Shown here piece by piece: positions 34,763-44,695 of a DNA stretch of 64,000 bases (within the stretch, counting starts at the first letter, position 1; the number at the start of each line of letters is the position of its first letter). The notes under the pieces were generated by a model, which worked only from the letters and a program-made list of their open reading frames with translations, was not told where the DNA came from and did no database searches. A program made the position numbers and the translations under genes. This stretch comes from Akkermansia sp. GTDB lineage: Bacteria; Verrucomicrobiota; Verrucomicrobiia; Verrucomicrobiales; Akkermansiaceae. The stretch lies in contig JAZSQS010000035.1 in assembly GCA_045538105.1 (NCBI GenBank), positions 4,059 through 68,058 on the forward strand. Reading direction: 5' to 3'.

Positions 34763-35404
34763 ATGAACAAGCTTCTGCAACCAAGCATAAACGCACTATT
34801 TATCGGAGTCTCCGTGGCTCTGGCGGCCATCCCCTATTCCTGCGCCAAGGAAGAAGCTGAAGTACTCTTGGACAAAAAGGAAGCAAAAAAGAAAACAGAA
34901 ATCCTCAAGAAGTGGGTCGACAAAGAGTTGAAGGATTTCCAGAAACTCGGTCGGCTTCTGGATCATGCGAAAGACGAGAAGAGTGTGGGCAAGGCTCTGG
35001 ATTATGCACGAAAAATGAGGCAGACATACGGAGTCCTCTATCATAAAGTGCATGGGGTGTCATTCAACTCCGCCGAGGAAGAGGAAGTTGCCGGCATTCA
35101 GACTAAGTTTGAGGGAATAAATATCACGCTGGAAGAACTCAAGCCCATTCATGAAAAAATGGCAGACAAGCGACTCTCCGTATTCAGGAAATTCTACGAA
35201 TCCAGCAGAGACTTCACATTGCGCCAATACCGCATCCTGAACCGTTTCCAGGATTTAGAATCGCAGGAAAACCTGAGGTGGGTCGAGAACATGCTCCGGG
35301 TTCACCAGGAAGATATGGCCAGAAACACAGCCTCTAAAGTAAACAAGAAACTGGATCGCAAGGCACGCCGCCGCGCCTCCAGCTCCTCTTCCTCATCGGG
35401 CTAA
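34763..35404 (+). CDS. secreted/lipoprotein paralogue with one copy of the same domain
   Basis: Signal peptide with Cys (AAIPYSC). WVDKELKDF...ITLEELKPIH...SVFRKF...MLRVHQED. Tail is RKARRRASSSSSSSG. Confidence 0.65.
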   Translation: MNKLLQPSINALFIGVSVALAAIPYSCAKEEAEVLLDKKEAKKKTEILKKWVDKELKDFQKLGRLLDHAKDEKSVGKALDYARKMRQTYGVLYHKVHGVSFNSAEEEEVAGIQTKFEGINITLEELKPIHEKMADKRLSVFRKFYESSRDFTLRQYRILNRFQDLESQENLRWVENMLRVHQEDMARNTASKVNKKLDRKARRRASSSSSSSG

Positions 35405-35490
35405 CGAGCGTCCTTGAGATGGAAGCCGCGCTCATTTCCTTCATTCACCAACCGTCCTACTTTTACCGCATATACTGTCCTGCATTTCTC

Positions 35491-35520
35491 TTGAAGGAGG
35501 GATAGGCCTTGTGGTACACT
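35491..35520 (+). promoter_or_regulatory. sigma70-like promoter TTGAAG-18-TACACT (leaderless configuration)
   Basis: -35 at 35491-35496 and -10 at 35515-35520, 9 nt to ATG 35530. Confidence 0.4.
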
Positions 35521-35529
35521 ATCAACCTG

Positions 35530-38292
35530 ATGGCTACTATCTGCATTCTGGATGGCATGGCGCTCATCTACCGCGCCTTCTATGCCTTTATCAACAATCC
35601 CATGCGTAACTCAAGCGGGTTGAATACCTCAGCCATGTTCGGGTTTATCAACACCGTGGTGCACCTCATTGAAAAAGAGCAGCCCACCCACATCGTAGCC
35701 TGTCTGGATCCAAGTGGCCCCACCTTCCGCCACGAGCGCTTCCCGGAATACAAGGCAAACCGCCAGGCCATGCCCCAGGAACTGCGCGACTCCATCCCCT
35801 GGATTGTGGATATCCTGGCCGCCATGCGTATCAAAACACTCCGCATGCCTGGTTACGAGGCAGATGACCTTATCGGCACCATAACACGCATGAGCGAAGA
35901 AGCGGGAGATATGCACGCCTACATGGTTTCCAAGGATAAAGATTTGGGGCAACTACTCTCCGCGACCTGTTCCTTCTGGCGCCCTGGTAAAAAAGGTAGC
36001 GATTTTGAAACGGTTGGGGTGAATGAGTTTCTGGAAGAATGGGGGATTGAAAATCCGCGTCAAATTATTGATATTCTGGCGCTCATGGGAGATGCGTCCG
36101 ATAACATTCCCGGAGTTCCCGGAATAGGCGCGGTCTCTGCCAAAAAGCTCATTACCCAATTCGGCAGCATCGAGAACATGCTGGCTCGCAGCGCTGAAAT
36201 CAAAGGCAAAATGCGCGAAAAAATTGAGCAGAATGCGGAAGCCGCCCGGCTTTCCTATGAGCTGGTCACGATTCGACGGGACGTGCCCGTAGAACTCAGA
36301 TTGGATGATTGCAAAATCAAGGAATTCGACACCAAGGCACTGGCAGAAATTCTCAAAAAACTGGAATTCAAGGAATTATCCCGCAAGCTCTGTGGCACCC
36401 ACCCCAGCGATGCCGACATGGGGGAACTCTTTGCCGCCGCTGCCCCAGCCGCAGCAATCCCCCCGAATGAAGAGGAGCAACTAGACCTCTTTACCCTGCC
36501 CCAGCTCACAGATATCAACACTACGCCGCACCAGTACCACCTGGTGAATACACCAGAAACCCGCACCGCCCTGGCAACCCGCATGGAACAAGCCCCCCGA
36601 TGGGCCTTCGATACCGAAACCACCGGTCTCGACCCGCTCATGGATAAACTGCTGGGCTTTTCCGTGGCCTTGACGGAGCATGAGGCCTATTACATTCCGG
36701 CAGCAGAGGAAGGCTGGCTGGATTGCTTCCGCTCCGCTTTTGCCAGCAATGCTGAAAAAATTGGTCTAAATGCCAAGTTCGACATCCAAGTGCTGCACCA
36801 GGCTGGTCTGGCAGTAAACGGCCCGATTTTCGATTGCATGCTGGCACACAGCACCCTCTACCCGGAACTGCGCCACGGAATGGATGAAATGGCAGAAAGC
36901 CTGTTGCAATACAAAACCATTCACCTGGAAGATATTGCCGGTAAGGGCAAGGAAATGAACACAGCTGCTGTACCGGTGGAAACCATGGCTGAATATGCCG
37001 CAGAAGATGCGGATGTAACGCTGCGCCTGTACCATGTGCTGCAACCACAGCTGGTGGAAGCCGGGCAGGATGAGCTCATGCGCCTTATCGAATTCCCCCT
37101 GGTATCCGTGCTAGCCGGTATCGAGGAAGAAGGCATGCGCGTGGAACCAGAGCTGCTGCAAAAGAGCTCTGAAGAGCTTGGTGCCCAGATTGATGCCATA
37201 CGAGCCCGGATTGATGAGCAGGTGGGGCGCCCCATTAACCTGAACTCCCCCAAACAGCTGGGAGAGCTGCTCTTCGATGATATGAAACTGCTGGCCAAGC
37301 CCAAGAAAACCCGCACCGGCCAGTATGTAACCGATGAGGAAACCCTTCGCAAACTGGTACCCGTTTCCCCTCTGGTGGCAGATATCCTGGAGTACCGAGA
37401 AATGAGCAAGCTGAAAGGCACCTACCTGGACGCCCTGCCTCGCTTCATCTCGCCGCGTGATGGCCGCATTCACTCCACCCTGCTGCAAATGGTAACTGCC
37501 ACTGGGCGTCTCGCATCCCAGAACCCAAACTTACAGAACATTCCCATTCGCTCCGAGGCGGGCAAGCTCATTCGCCGTGCCTTTGTGGCACGAGATGCTC
37601 AGTACAGCATTCTCTCCGCTGACTACTCGCAAGTGGAGCTGCGCCTCATGGCCGCCCTCTCCGGCGACCCTGGCATGATTGCCGCCTTCACCTCAGGCCG
37701 CGATATTCACGCAGAAACCGCTGCCCGCATCTACGGCGTGCCACATGAAGAAGTCACTGCCGACATGCGCCGCAAGGCCAAGACGGTGAATTTCGGCATC
37801 ATCTACGGTATCTCTGCCTTCGGTCTCTCGCAACGGCTGGATTGTTCCCGCAGCGAAGCTGCCGGACTCATTGAAAGCTACTTCACCCAATTCCCCGGCG
37901 TGAAGGACTGCATGGACCGCCTTGTTTCAGAAGCCCGCGAGCGCGGCTATGCCGAAACTCTCTGCGGACGCCGCCGCAAGCTGCCTGACTTGAACAGTGC
38001 TAACTTCAACCTGCGCGCCGCCGCCGAACGAACTGCTATCAATACGCCCATCCAGGGTACTGCGGCTGATATGATTAAGATTGCCATGGTGCGCGTAGCG
38101 CAGTTACTACAAGGCCGCCGCAGCCGCCTCATCATGCAGATTCACGATGAACTCCTCATCGATTTGCACCAGGATGAGCACGACCTCATCCCCCTGATTA
38201 CGGAAGCCATGCGCTCCGCCCTGCCCCTGCCACACGGCGTACCGCTGGAAGTGGAGGCCAACACTGCGCCCAACTGGCTGGAGGCTCACTAA
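35530..38292 (+). CDS. polA: DNA polymerase I
   Basis: 5'-nuclease N-terminus (LDGMALIYRAFYA), 3'-5' exonuclease ExoI (FDTETTGLD), polymerase motif A (DYSQVELRLMA), motif B (RRKAKTVNFGIIYG) and motif C (QIHDELL). Confidence 0.95.
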   Translation: MATICILDGMALIYRAFYAFINNPMRNSSGLNTSAMFGFINTVVHLIEKEQPTHIVACLDPSGPTFRHERFPEYKANRQAMPQELRDSIPWIVDILAAMRIKTLRMPGYEADDLIGTITRMSEEAGDMHAYMVSKDKDLGQLLSATCSFWRPGKKGSDFETVGVNEFLEEWGIENPRQIIDILALMGDASDNIPGVPGIGAVSAKKLITQFGSIENMLARSAEIKGKMREKIEQNAEAARLSYELVTIRRDVPVELRLDDCKIKEFDTKALAEILKKLEFKELSRKLCGTHPSDADMGELFAAAAPAAAIPPNEEEQLDLFTLPQLTDINTTPHQYHLVNTPETRTALATRMEQAPRWAFDTETTGLDPLMDKLLGFSVALTEHEAYYIPAAEEGWLDCFRSAFASNAEKIGLNAKFDIQVLHQAGLAVNGPIFDCMLAHSTLYPELRHGMDEMAESLLQYKTIHLEDIAGKGKEMNTAAVPVETMAEYAAEDADVTLRLYHVLQPQLVEAGQDELMRLIEFPLVSVLAGIEEEGMRVEPELLQKSSEELGAQIDAIRARIDEQVGRPINLNSPKQLGELLFDDMKLLAKPKKTRTGQYVTDEETLRKLVPVSPLVADILEYREMSKLKGTYLDALPRFISPRDGRIHSTLLQMVTATGRLASQNPNLQNIPIRSEAGKLIRRAFVARDAQYSILSADYSQVELRLMAALSGDPGMIAAFTSGRDIHAETAARIYGVPHEEVTADMRRKAKTVNFGIIYGISAFGLSQRLDCSRSEAAGLIESYFTQFPGVKDCMDRLVSEARERGYAETLCGRRRKLPDLNSANFNLRAAAERTAINTPIQGTAADMIKIAMVRVAQLLQGRRSRLIMQIHDELLIDLHQDEHDLIPLITEAMRSALPLPHGVPLEVEANTAPNWLEAH

Positions 38293-38312
38293 GCTCTCAC
38301 CATCCATCACTC

Positions 38313-38804
38313 ATGATAACACTCGTAGGTTTAGGATACGATATTCACCGCTTCTCTGAGACGGAACGCCCGCTGTGGCTTGGCGGTGTACAGGTGCACC
38401 CGACTAAGGGACTTGCCGGGCATAGCGATGCAGATGTACTCTGCCATGCACTGGCAGATGCCATTCTGGGCGCTATTGGCGAGCCGGATATCGGCTACTG
38501 GTTCCCTCCAGGAGATGCGGGGTGCAAGGATATCTGCTCGCTCCGCATTGTGGAAAAGGCGGTCGAGTTGCTGCAAGCCCAGGGAGGCCGAGTGGTTAAT
38601 GCGGACTGCGCCCTCATTGCCGAGGCTCCAAAGATTATGCCTTTTGTGCAGCAGATGAAGGAGACACTGGCCCCGATTTTAGGCGTAGCGCCTCGCCGCG
38701 TAGGAATCAAGGCCACCACGAATGAGAAACTGGGAGCCCTGGGACGACGCGAAGGCATGGCCGCCTTTGCCACAGTAGCCATATTGGTTCCCGAAGAAGC
38801 CTAA
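38313..38804 (+). CDS. ispF: 2-C-methyl-D-erythritol 2,4-cyclodiphosphate synthase
   Basis: GLGYDIHRF and GHSDADVLCHALADAILGA, 163 aa. Confidence 0.93.
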   Translation: MITLVGLGYDIHRFSETERPLWLGGVQVHPTKGLAGHSDADVLCHALADAILGAIGEPDIGYWFPPGDAGCKDICSLRIVEKAVELLQAQGGRVVNADCALIAEAPKIMPFVQQMKETLAPILGVAPRRVGIKATTNEKLGALGRREGMAAFATVAILVPEEA

Positions 38805-38805
38805 G

Positions 38806-39303
38806 ATGATGAATCCCGAAATCGATTTACTCGCCTTCGCCGCAGTTGAGAACCTGAAAGCCGCAGGGCTCACGGTCACCACAGCTGAAAGCTGCACCGG
38901 CGGCATGATTGCCACCGCCCTCACCGAAGTGCCGGGAGCCTCGGCCGCGTTCCGCTACGGTTGGGTTACCTATTGCAATGAGGCCAAAGAACGCCTTTTG
39001 AATGTACCTTCCTCTCTCATCGAGGAACACTCCGTGGTGAGCGAACCTGTTGTAGCGGCCATGGCTACAGCAGCCATGCGCCAAAGCGGAGCAGATATCG
39101 CCGTGGCCGTATCAGGGAACGCCGGCCCCTCGGTTCCTGAGGGAGAACCTCCCGTAGGTACGGTTTGCCTGGCCATTGCCCGCCGGGGTGCCGCCAGACC
39201 GGTACATACGGAAACTCTGGTTCTGCCGGGCATGACCCGCCGCCAATTCCGCGAAAAGGTCACGGCCAAGGCTCTGCAACTCATTGCAGGGGCTGCCAAC
39301 TAA
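38806..39303 (+). CDS. pncC: CinA C-terminal domain protein / nicotinamide-nucleotide amidohydrolase
   Basis: TTAESCTGGMIATALTEVPGAS and VSGNAGP motifs, 165 aa. Confidence 0.8.
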   Translation: MMNPEIDLLAFAAVENLKAAGLTVTTAESCTGGMIATALTEVPGASAAFRYGWVTYCNEAKERLLNVPSSLIEEHSVVSEPVVAAMATAAMRQSGADIAVAVSGNAGPSVPEGEPPVGTVCLAIARRGAARPVHTETLVLPGMTRRQFREKVTAKALQLIAGAAN

Positions 39304-39304
39304 C

Positions 39305-39336
39305 AAAAAGGCCTGAGGTTTTCCTCAGGCCTTTTT
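39305..39336. terminator. bidirectional terminator
   Basis: AAAAAGGCCTGAGG-TTTT-CCTCAGGCCTTTTT, located between the convergent stops at 39303 and 39355. Confidence 0.8.
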
Positions 39337-39354
39337 GTTAGTTAAATCCGGCAT

Positions 39355-41142
39355 TCATTCAATACCCTGCCTATCGTACAGCTCCTTATAAAGCGGGCAG
39401 GAGGCATAAAGTTCCTCATGCGTACCATCGCCCACAATGCGACCGTAATCAAAGACCAGGATGCGATCAGCATTGCGGATAGTACTGAAACGGTGCGCCA
39501 CAATGAGCGTGGTGCGCCCCTGAGCGAGTTTATCCAGCTCTTCCTGAATCTCGCGTTCACTTTCTGCATCTAGCGAGGCCGTGGCCTCATCCAGAATCAG
39601 GATAGGGGCATCCTTCACAAAAGCACGGGCAATCGCCACGCGCTGACGCTGACCACCAGACAAACCTGAGCCCCCCTGCCCCAACTCCGTATCAATACCC
39701 TGGGGCTGGGATTCCAGGAACTTCGTGACCGCGGCAGAATCTGCAGCTGCCTTAATTTCTTCATCCGTGGCATTCATGCGCCCCAGGCGGATATTCTCCC
39801 GGATTGACCCCGCAAAAAGGAGAGCCTGCTGCCCCACCAGCGCAAGCTGCTCACGCAGATCATGCACGCGCACATCCCGCACATCGAGGCCATCCACCTC
39901 TACTGAGCCTTTTGAGACCTCGTAAAAACGGGGAATCAAAGAAGCAAAGGTGGTTTTTCCTGAGCCACTCGGCCCCACAAGCCCCACAATCTGGCCGGCA
40001 GGTATCGTCAAGTCCACATCCCTCAGCACCGGTTTGGCAGGGTCGTATCCAAAACTCACCTTGTTGAAACGGATTTCACCTTTCACAGGGCGTGCAAACT
40101 GTTTGGGATTCTCCGGTTCCGGTACCGTGTTTGGCTCATTCAGCACTTCAGTGAGTCGCAGCAGGGCTCCCTGGGCCTGGTTAAACCGGTTCCAGGCATT
40201 GCCCGCACGCTTCATGGAATCAAACGTAAAGAACAATGCAGCGGCAATCGCCAGGAAATCCGTCAGATCCATACCACAAAGGCGTCCCCGCACCAGCAGG
40301 AAGGAAAGTGCCATGGCCGTCACGATCTCCATCACCGGCACCAAGGCTTTCTGGTACTTTACAATCTTGATGAGGTTCCGGCGGTAACGCGCCGATGTCG
40401 CAGTAAAATCAGCAATTTCGCGGTGTTCCATGGCATAGGCCCGCACCTCACGCTGGTTCTCCAGATTCTGCTGAACAGAGGAGTTCAACTCCCCCAGCCC
40501 CTCCTGAGCCAACTGGGATTTCTTTGAAATGCGCTTACCAAACTCAAAGATGGGCCAGGCAGCAAGCCCAATGAACACCAGATTCACGAAGAACAGCACA
40601 CCCTGGCCTGACTGTACCAGGAGGAACACAAAGGCACCCACGGCACACAATGCCGTAACTGGCTGTTTCACAAGGTCATTAGACACAGAAGTCAGGATTG
40701 CCTGCACATTCCCTGTATCAGACAGGATGCGACTGATGACATCCCCCTTCTGGCGGCTTTCCATGAATGCCAGGGGAAGCTCCTGCACCTTTCTGAACAC
40801 TTGCATGCGCAGCGTTTCGAGGATTTTAATACCCAGCACATTCACCATGACGGCATTCAGCCACATGGAGAATGCTCGCACGGCAAAAATAGCAGGCATA
40901 AAGGCACATGCCAGCATCAGCAGCGTATCTTGCGAAAGAGACCCCAGAAATGGCATGAGGGTCACTAATTCTGGTGTGGTATTTGTTTCACCGCGGAACA
41001 CCACGGGGAACACATACTTCACCATGAACGGAACGCCCGCACCACTTGCGGCGGCGGCCAGCAAGCCGGTTAACAACACAATCCCGAACAGGGATATATG
41101 CGGAAGCATGAAACGCTTCCAGAAATAGATGAGGTTTTTCAT
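39355..41142 (-). CDS. ABC exporter, fused permease/ATPase (ABCB/MsbA-like half transporter)
   Basis: Six-helix TMD followed by Walker A GPSGSGKTT, LSGGQRQR, ILILDEATASLD and H-loop AHRFS. Confidence 0.9.
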   Translation of the reverse strand: MKNLIYFWKRFMLPHISLFGIVLLTGLLAAAASGAGVPFMVKYVFPVVFRGETNTTPELVTLMPFLGSLSQDTLLMLACAFMPAIFAVRAFSMWLNAVMVNVLGIKILETLRMQVFRKVQELPLAFMESRQKGDVISRILSDTGNVQAILTSVSNDLVKQPVTALCAVGAFVFLLVQSGQGVLFFVNLVFIGLAAWPIFEFGKRISKKSQLAQEGLGELNSSVQQNLENQREVRAYAMEHREIADFTATSARYRRNLIKIVKYQKALVPVMEIVTAMALSFLLVRGRLCGMDLTDFLAIAAALFFTFDSMKRAGNAWNRFNQAQGALLRLTEVLNEPNTVPEPENPKQFARPVKGEIRFNKVSFGYDPAKPVLRDVDLTIPAGQIVGLVGPSGSGKTTFASLIPRFYEVSKGSVEVDGLDVRDVRVHDLREQLALVGQQALLFAGSIRENIRLGRMNATDEEIKAAADSAAVTKFLESQPQGIDTELGQGGSGLSGGQRQRVAIARAFVKDAPILILDEATASLDAESEREIQEELDKLAQGRTTLIVAHRFSTIRNADRILVFDYGRIVGDGTHEELYASCPLYKELYDRQGIE

Positions 41143-42992
41143 ATTTCAGTATCGTTCTTCTCTGTCTCCTCCTCGGCACTGCTGACCTGCTCGTCATACA
41201 GGTGCTTATACAACCTGCAATTTTCGTACAATTCTGCATGCGTTCCGTCTCCGATAATCCGGCCTTCCTCAAACACCAGAATGCGCTGGGCCATGCGAAT
41301 GGTGCTGAAACGGTGGGCAATCACAAAGGTGGTATGACCCTTGGCCAATTCCTCCAACTCAGCCTGGATGGCAGCCTCGCTCTTCATATCAAGTGCAGAG
41401 GTAGCCTCATCCAGTATCAAAACCGGCGCGTTCTTCAAAAAGGCACGGGCAATGGATACACGCTGGCGCTGCCCCCCGGAAAGTCCTGCACCGCCTTCGC
41501 CCAGCATCCGGTTGTACCCTTCCGGTGTGGCTTCGGCAAATTCATCAACACGAGCCTGGCGCGCTGCGGTATACACTTCCTCAGCAGTCGCATCCGGACG
41601 CCCTGCCCGTACATTCTCGTATATGGAATCCCGGAACAGTGCCGCAAACTGGGATACCAGGCCTATGCTTCTGACTCGGTCCTTGCGGCTGATATCGCGC
41701 ACATCCACACCATCCAGTTTGACGCTTCCCTTATTGACATCATAAAAACGGCAGATGAGGTTGATAAATGTGGTTTTGCCGGAGCCACTCGGTCCGACCA
41801 GTGCCACCACCTGACCAGCAGGTACATGCACGTTGATATCCTTGAGCACGTCCTTCTCTGCTGTATACCCAAACGTAACGTTCTCAAAATCCACTACTCC
41901 GTCCACCGGATGCTTCATGGCAACCGGGTGTTCCGGCTCTGGCGTTTCATCTTCTGCCAGCAGGATTTCATTGATACCCTCTATCCCCACGGCCAGAGAT
42001 TGGCACTGGTTTGCAACGCTTCCCAGGTGCTTGATGGGGTCATAACAGAAGTAGAAAGCAAAGGCAATGGCAGAGAACTGCTCCAGAGTCAACCCATCAC
42101 TGCAACCACGGTACAGGGAATACGACAACGCCAAGGCAGATACAAACTCCACCGCAGGGGTCACGCTCTGAGCCCACGCACCCATGCGGATGATGTACGA
42201 GTTCATCTTGCGGATGTTGCCCAGCAGCAAATTTTCCCGGTGCTCCTCCAAATTGAAGGCACGCACCTCACGCTGGGCAGAAAAAGTTTCCTCCACAATG
42301 GTCGTAACTTCATTCATCCCCTTCATGGCCATCTTCATCTGCTTGGCCATGCGCTTACCCACTAAACGAACAATCGGCACAATACTCGCGGATATCAGCA
42401 GATTGACCAGCAGCATGGCACTTTCCCGACTGGTACATGCGGCATATACCAAGTAGGAAGCTGCAGCAATCAGGGTGAGGGGCTGTATCACCAACTCTGA
42501 TAAAACGTTCGTCATGCCGTGCTGCGCCATCTGAGTGAACTGGATTACGGCAGTAAGCAGCTTACCCCGGCTGCGACGGTCGTGGAAAGATAATGATAAC
42601 CACTGCAAGCGGGCAAAGACATCAATTCTCATATCCATGAGTGCTGCCGTGCCAGCCCTCACAAGCAAATAGGTGTTCGCATAATTAGCCAAGCCTTTAA
42701 TACCCAATGCAACAGGTATCGCAGCAGCCGCAATCCACATTACTGCCAATTCGGCATTCTCTTTCGAAAAATGGGCATTTACCCATTCGTTGAGATAGGC
42801 CGGAGCCTCCATTGTACCGAACACAATCGGGAAAACATACTGCGTCATGAACGGCAGACCAAACCCTGCCGAAGCAGCCGAAACCATGCCCGCCATGATT
42901 CCAAACAATAGCAGGGGCCAGCGTGGCAGCATATATTTCTTCATGACCGGCTTGAGGATCGGCCATACTCTATCAACATCTGGATTACTCAT
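41139..42992 (-). CDS. ABC exporter, fused permease/ATPase, partner half transporter
   Basis: Same architecture (GPSGSGKTT, LSGGQRQR, LILDEATSALD). 4-nt overlap with the downstream gene, so probably a heterodimer with two canonical sites. Confidence 0.9.
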   Translation of the reverse strand: MSNPDVDRVWPILKPVMKKYMLPRWPLLLFGIMAGMVSAASAGFGLPFMTQYVFPIVFGTMEAPAYLNEWVNAHFSKENAELAVMWIAAAAIPVALGIKGLANYANTYLLVRAGTAALMDMRIDVFARLQWLSLSFHDRRSRGKLLTAVIQFTQMAQHGMTNVLSELVIQPLTLIAAASYLVYAACTSRESAMLLVNLLISASIVPIVRLVGKRMAKQMKMAMKGMNEVTTIVEETFSAQREVRAFNLEEHRENLLLGNIRKMNSYIIRMGAWAQSVTPAVEFVSALALSYSLYRGCSDGLTLEQFSAIAFAFYFCYDPIKHLGSVANQCQSLAVGIEGINEILLAEDETPEPEHPVAMKHPVDGVVDFENVTFGYTAEKDVLKDINVHVPAGQVVALVGPSGSGKTTFINLICRFYDVNKGSVKLDGVDVRDISRKDRVRSIGLVSQFAALFRDSIYENVRAGRPDATAEEVYTAARQARVDEFAEATPEGYNRMLGEGGAGLSGGQRQRVSIARAFLKNAPVLILDEATSALDMKSEAAIQAELEELAKGHTTFVIAHRFSTIRMAQRILVFEEGRIIGDGTHAELYENCRLYKHLYDEQVSSAEEETEKNDTEI

Positions 42993-43003
42993 GGGCTCAA
43001 CCC

Positions 43004-43032
43004 ATACTACCAGATAAGCTACACGCTGGCAA
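43004..43032 (-). promoter_or_regulatory. sigma70-like promoter TTGCCA-17-TAGTAT
   Basis: -35 at 43027-43032 and -10 at 43004-43009, 11 nt to ATG 42992. Confidence 0.5.
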
Positions 43033-43103
43033 TCTTTTTTGGCTCATCTACCCGGAGGAAGTCACTTTTTCCCCATTCAAGCAAATCATAACGCGCCACC
43101 CGC

Positions 43104-43132
43104 TTGACAAGACCCGGCAAATAGTGCAGAAT
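43104..43132 (+). promoter_or_regulatory. sigma70-like promoter TTGACA-17-CAGAAT
   Basis: -35 at 43104-43109 and -10 at 43127-43132, 44 nt to ATG 43177. Confidence 0.4.
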
Positions 43133-43176
43133 AGGGCAACATTACACCCAAACAGGTTTCATTCACGCATCCCGCC

Positions 43177-44514
43177 ATGAAGAGATTGCTTATCCAAACC
43201 GCCGTTCTGACCGCCTCTGCCACCATGCTGACCTCCTGCTTTGACGAAATCAAGCAGGTGTTTACCGGCGGGGAAACACCGTCACCCACCGAACAGGCTA
43301 ATCCGGAACCTGCGGCTCCCGTCATCCCAACTGAACCAGGCAATGAGGAAATTACCCGCATGATGCTGGAACAGCTCAGCGGATGTGAACTGGCAGATGC
43401 CGGCACCCTCACATGCAGCGAACCCACCAAAAATACGGATTCGAGCATCAGCATGGGCGCCAGCCTCAAAATGAAGGTTAAAGAGGATTTATACGCCAAG
43501 GAAACAGCCCCCGCAGCCTTCAACAAGGAGCGCGAAGCCGTAAACGAAGCTGCCAATGCCTCGATGAAGCCTGAATCCGTCTACCTGTTCCAGGTGGGCG
43601 CCACCACGGATCTTATCACTGATGCTGACCGCTCCGCAAAACCCTTGCCGGAAAACCTGCAAACTCCACTCAATGAACTGAAGGAATTGGCAGATTCCTC
43701 TGTCTACCGCAAGGTCATGAATGCAGGTGATGAGGTGGAAGCCTCCGCCACGTTCACGGCTATTTACAAGGATGGAGCCTGGCAGTTCAGCAACATCGTT
43801 GTGGATAACGCCGCAATCCTGGCTCTCAATGAGTACACCGCCCAGAGCGCGCTCCCCCAGGAGGCCCCCGTCCTGACTCCTGAGTTTGAAGAAAGCCGCA
43901 AGGCTCTCATCCGCGAGAAGGTAGCTGCCTTCAACCAACTGGCCGAACCCTACATCAAGAGTCGAGAGGAAGCTGCCCGCGCAACCCTCACTGAGCACCA
44001 GGCCCGCGCAGAGGAGGAAGCCCGTCGCATGACTGAACAGGCAGCCGCTCAGGAAGCTGCCCGCCAGGAAAACATCAAGGGCTTCGTCAACGCCCTTTCA
44101 GACGACAATCTGTTTGCGGGTGAATGGACGCGCGACAAGCGGTTTGGTGAGATTTCCCTGCATATCGAACAGGCCAAACAGTTTGAGAACTCTGTGCAAT
44201 TCGTTGGTACCATTTTCGATACCAAGTTACCGGAAGCCAGTCTTGATATCGCAGGCCGCTGCGATCTGACCCCGAAGGAAGATGGCACTACGCAGGTTGA
44301 CATCACCATCTACGATGGTCAGTACGACCCTGACCAGCCCACTGCCGAAGTGTACGATGCCAAGGATGGCATGCTCTCACTCAAGCTCACCAAGGATGGT
44401 AAGCTCACCGGTATCATGAGCTGCACCTCATGGGCCAACTCCCCCGAAAAGGCATTCCAGATCAACATGGCGCCGAAGGCCAAGGAAGCCACCAAGGGAC
44501 GCCGCCGCCGCTGA
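43177..44514 (+). CDS. lipoprotein, unknown function
   Basis: Lipobox MLTSC, an acidic/helical middle, and C-terminus KGRRRR. No motif recognised. Confidence 0.6.
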   Translation: MKRLLIQTAVLTASATMLTSCFDEIKQVFTGGETPSPTEQANPEPAAPVIPTEPGNEEITRMMLEQLSGCELADAGTLTCSEPTKNTDSSISMGASLKMKVKEDLYAKETAPAAFNKEREAVNEAANASMKPESVYLFQVGATTDLITDADRSAKPLPENLQTPLNELKELADSSVYRKVMNAGDEVEASATFTAIYKDGAWQFSNIVVDNAAILALNEYTAQSALPQEAPVLTPEFEESRKALIREKVAAFNQLAEPYIKSREEAARATLTEHQARAEEEARRMTEQAAAQEAARQENIKGFVNALSDDNLFAGEWTRDKRFGEISLHIEQAKQFENSVQFVGTIFDTKLPEASLDIAGRCDLTPKEDGTTQVDITIYDGQYDPDQPTAEVYDAKDGMLSLKLTKDGKLTGIMSCTSWANSPEKAFQINMAPKAKEATKGRRRR

Positions 44515-44540
44515 TTACGAGCCCTCATTGATTTTCCGCC

Positions 44541-44573
44541 AGACGGGCAGACCTCCCCGAGGTCTGCCCGTCT
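44541..44573 (+). terminator. terminator hairpin
   Basis: 15-bp stem AGACGGGCAGACCTC / GAGGTCTGCCCGTCT with loop CCC. The T-run (CCTTATT) is weak. Confidence 0.55.
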
Positions 44574-44652
44574 CCTTATTGACTCATAATGCGAGCTTAG
44601 ATGACATGACTCACATTTATGATTTTCAACGTCAGCAATTCCAATAATAAGA

Positions 44653-44681
44653 TTGATTTTAGGGTTAGAATAAGCTAGAAT
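44653..44681 (+). promoter_or_regulatory. sigma70-like promoter TTGATT-17-TAGAAT
   Basis: -35 at 44653-44658 and -10 at 44676-44681, 14 nt to ATG 44696. Confidence 0.5.
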
Positions 44682-44695
44682 CGCGCACACACATT

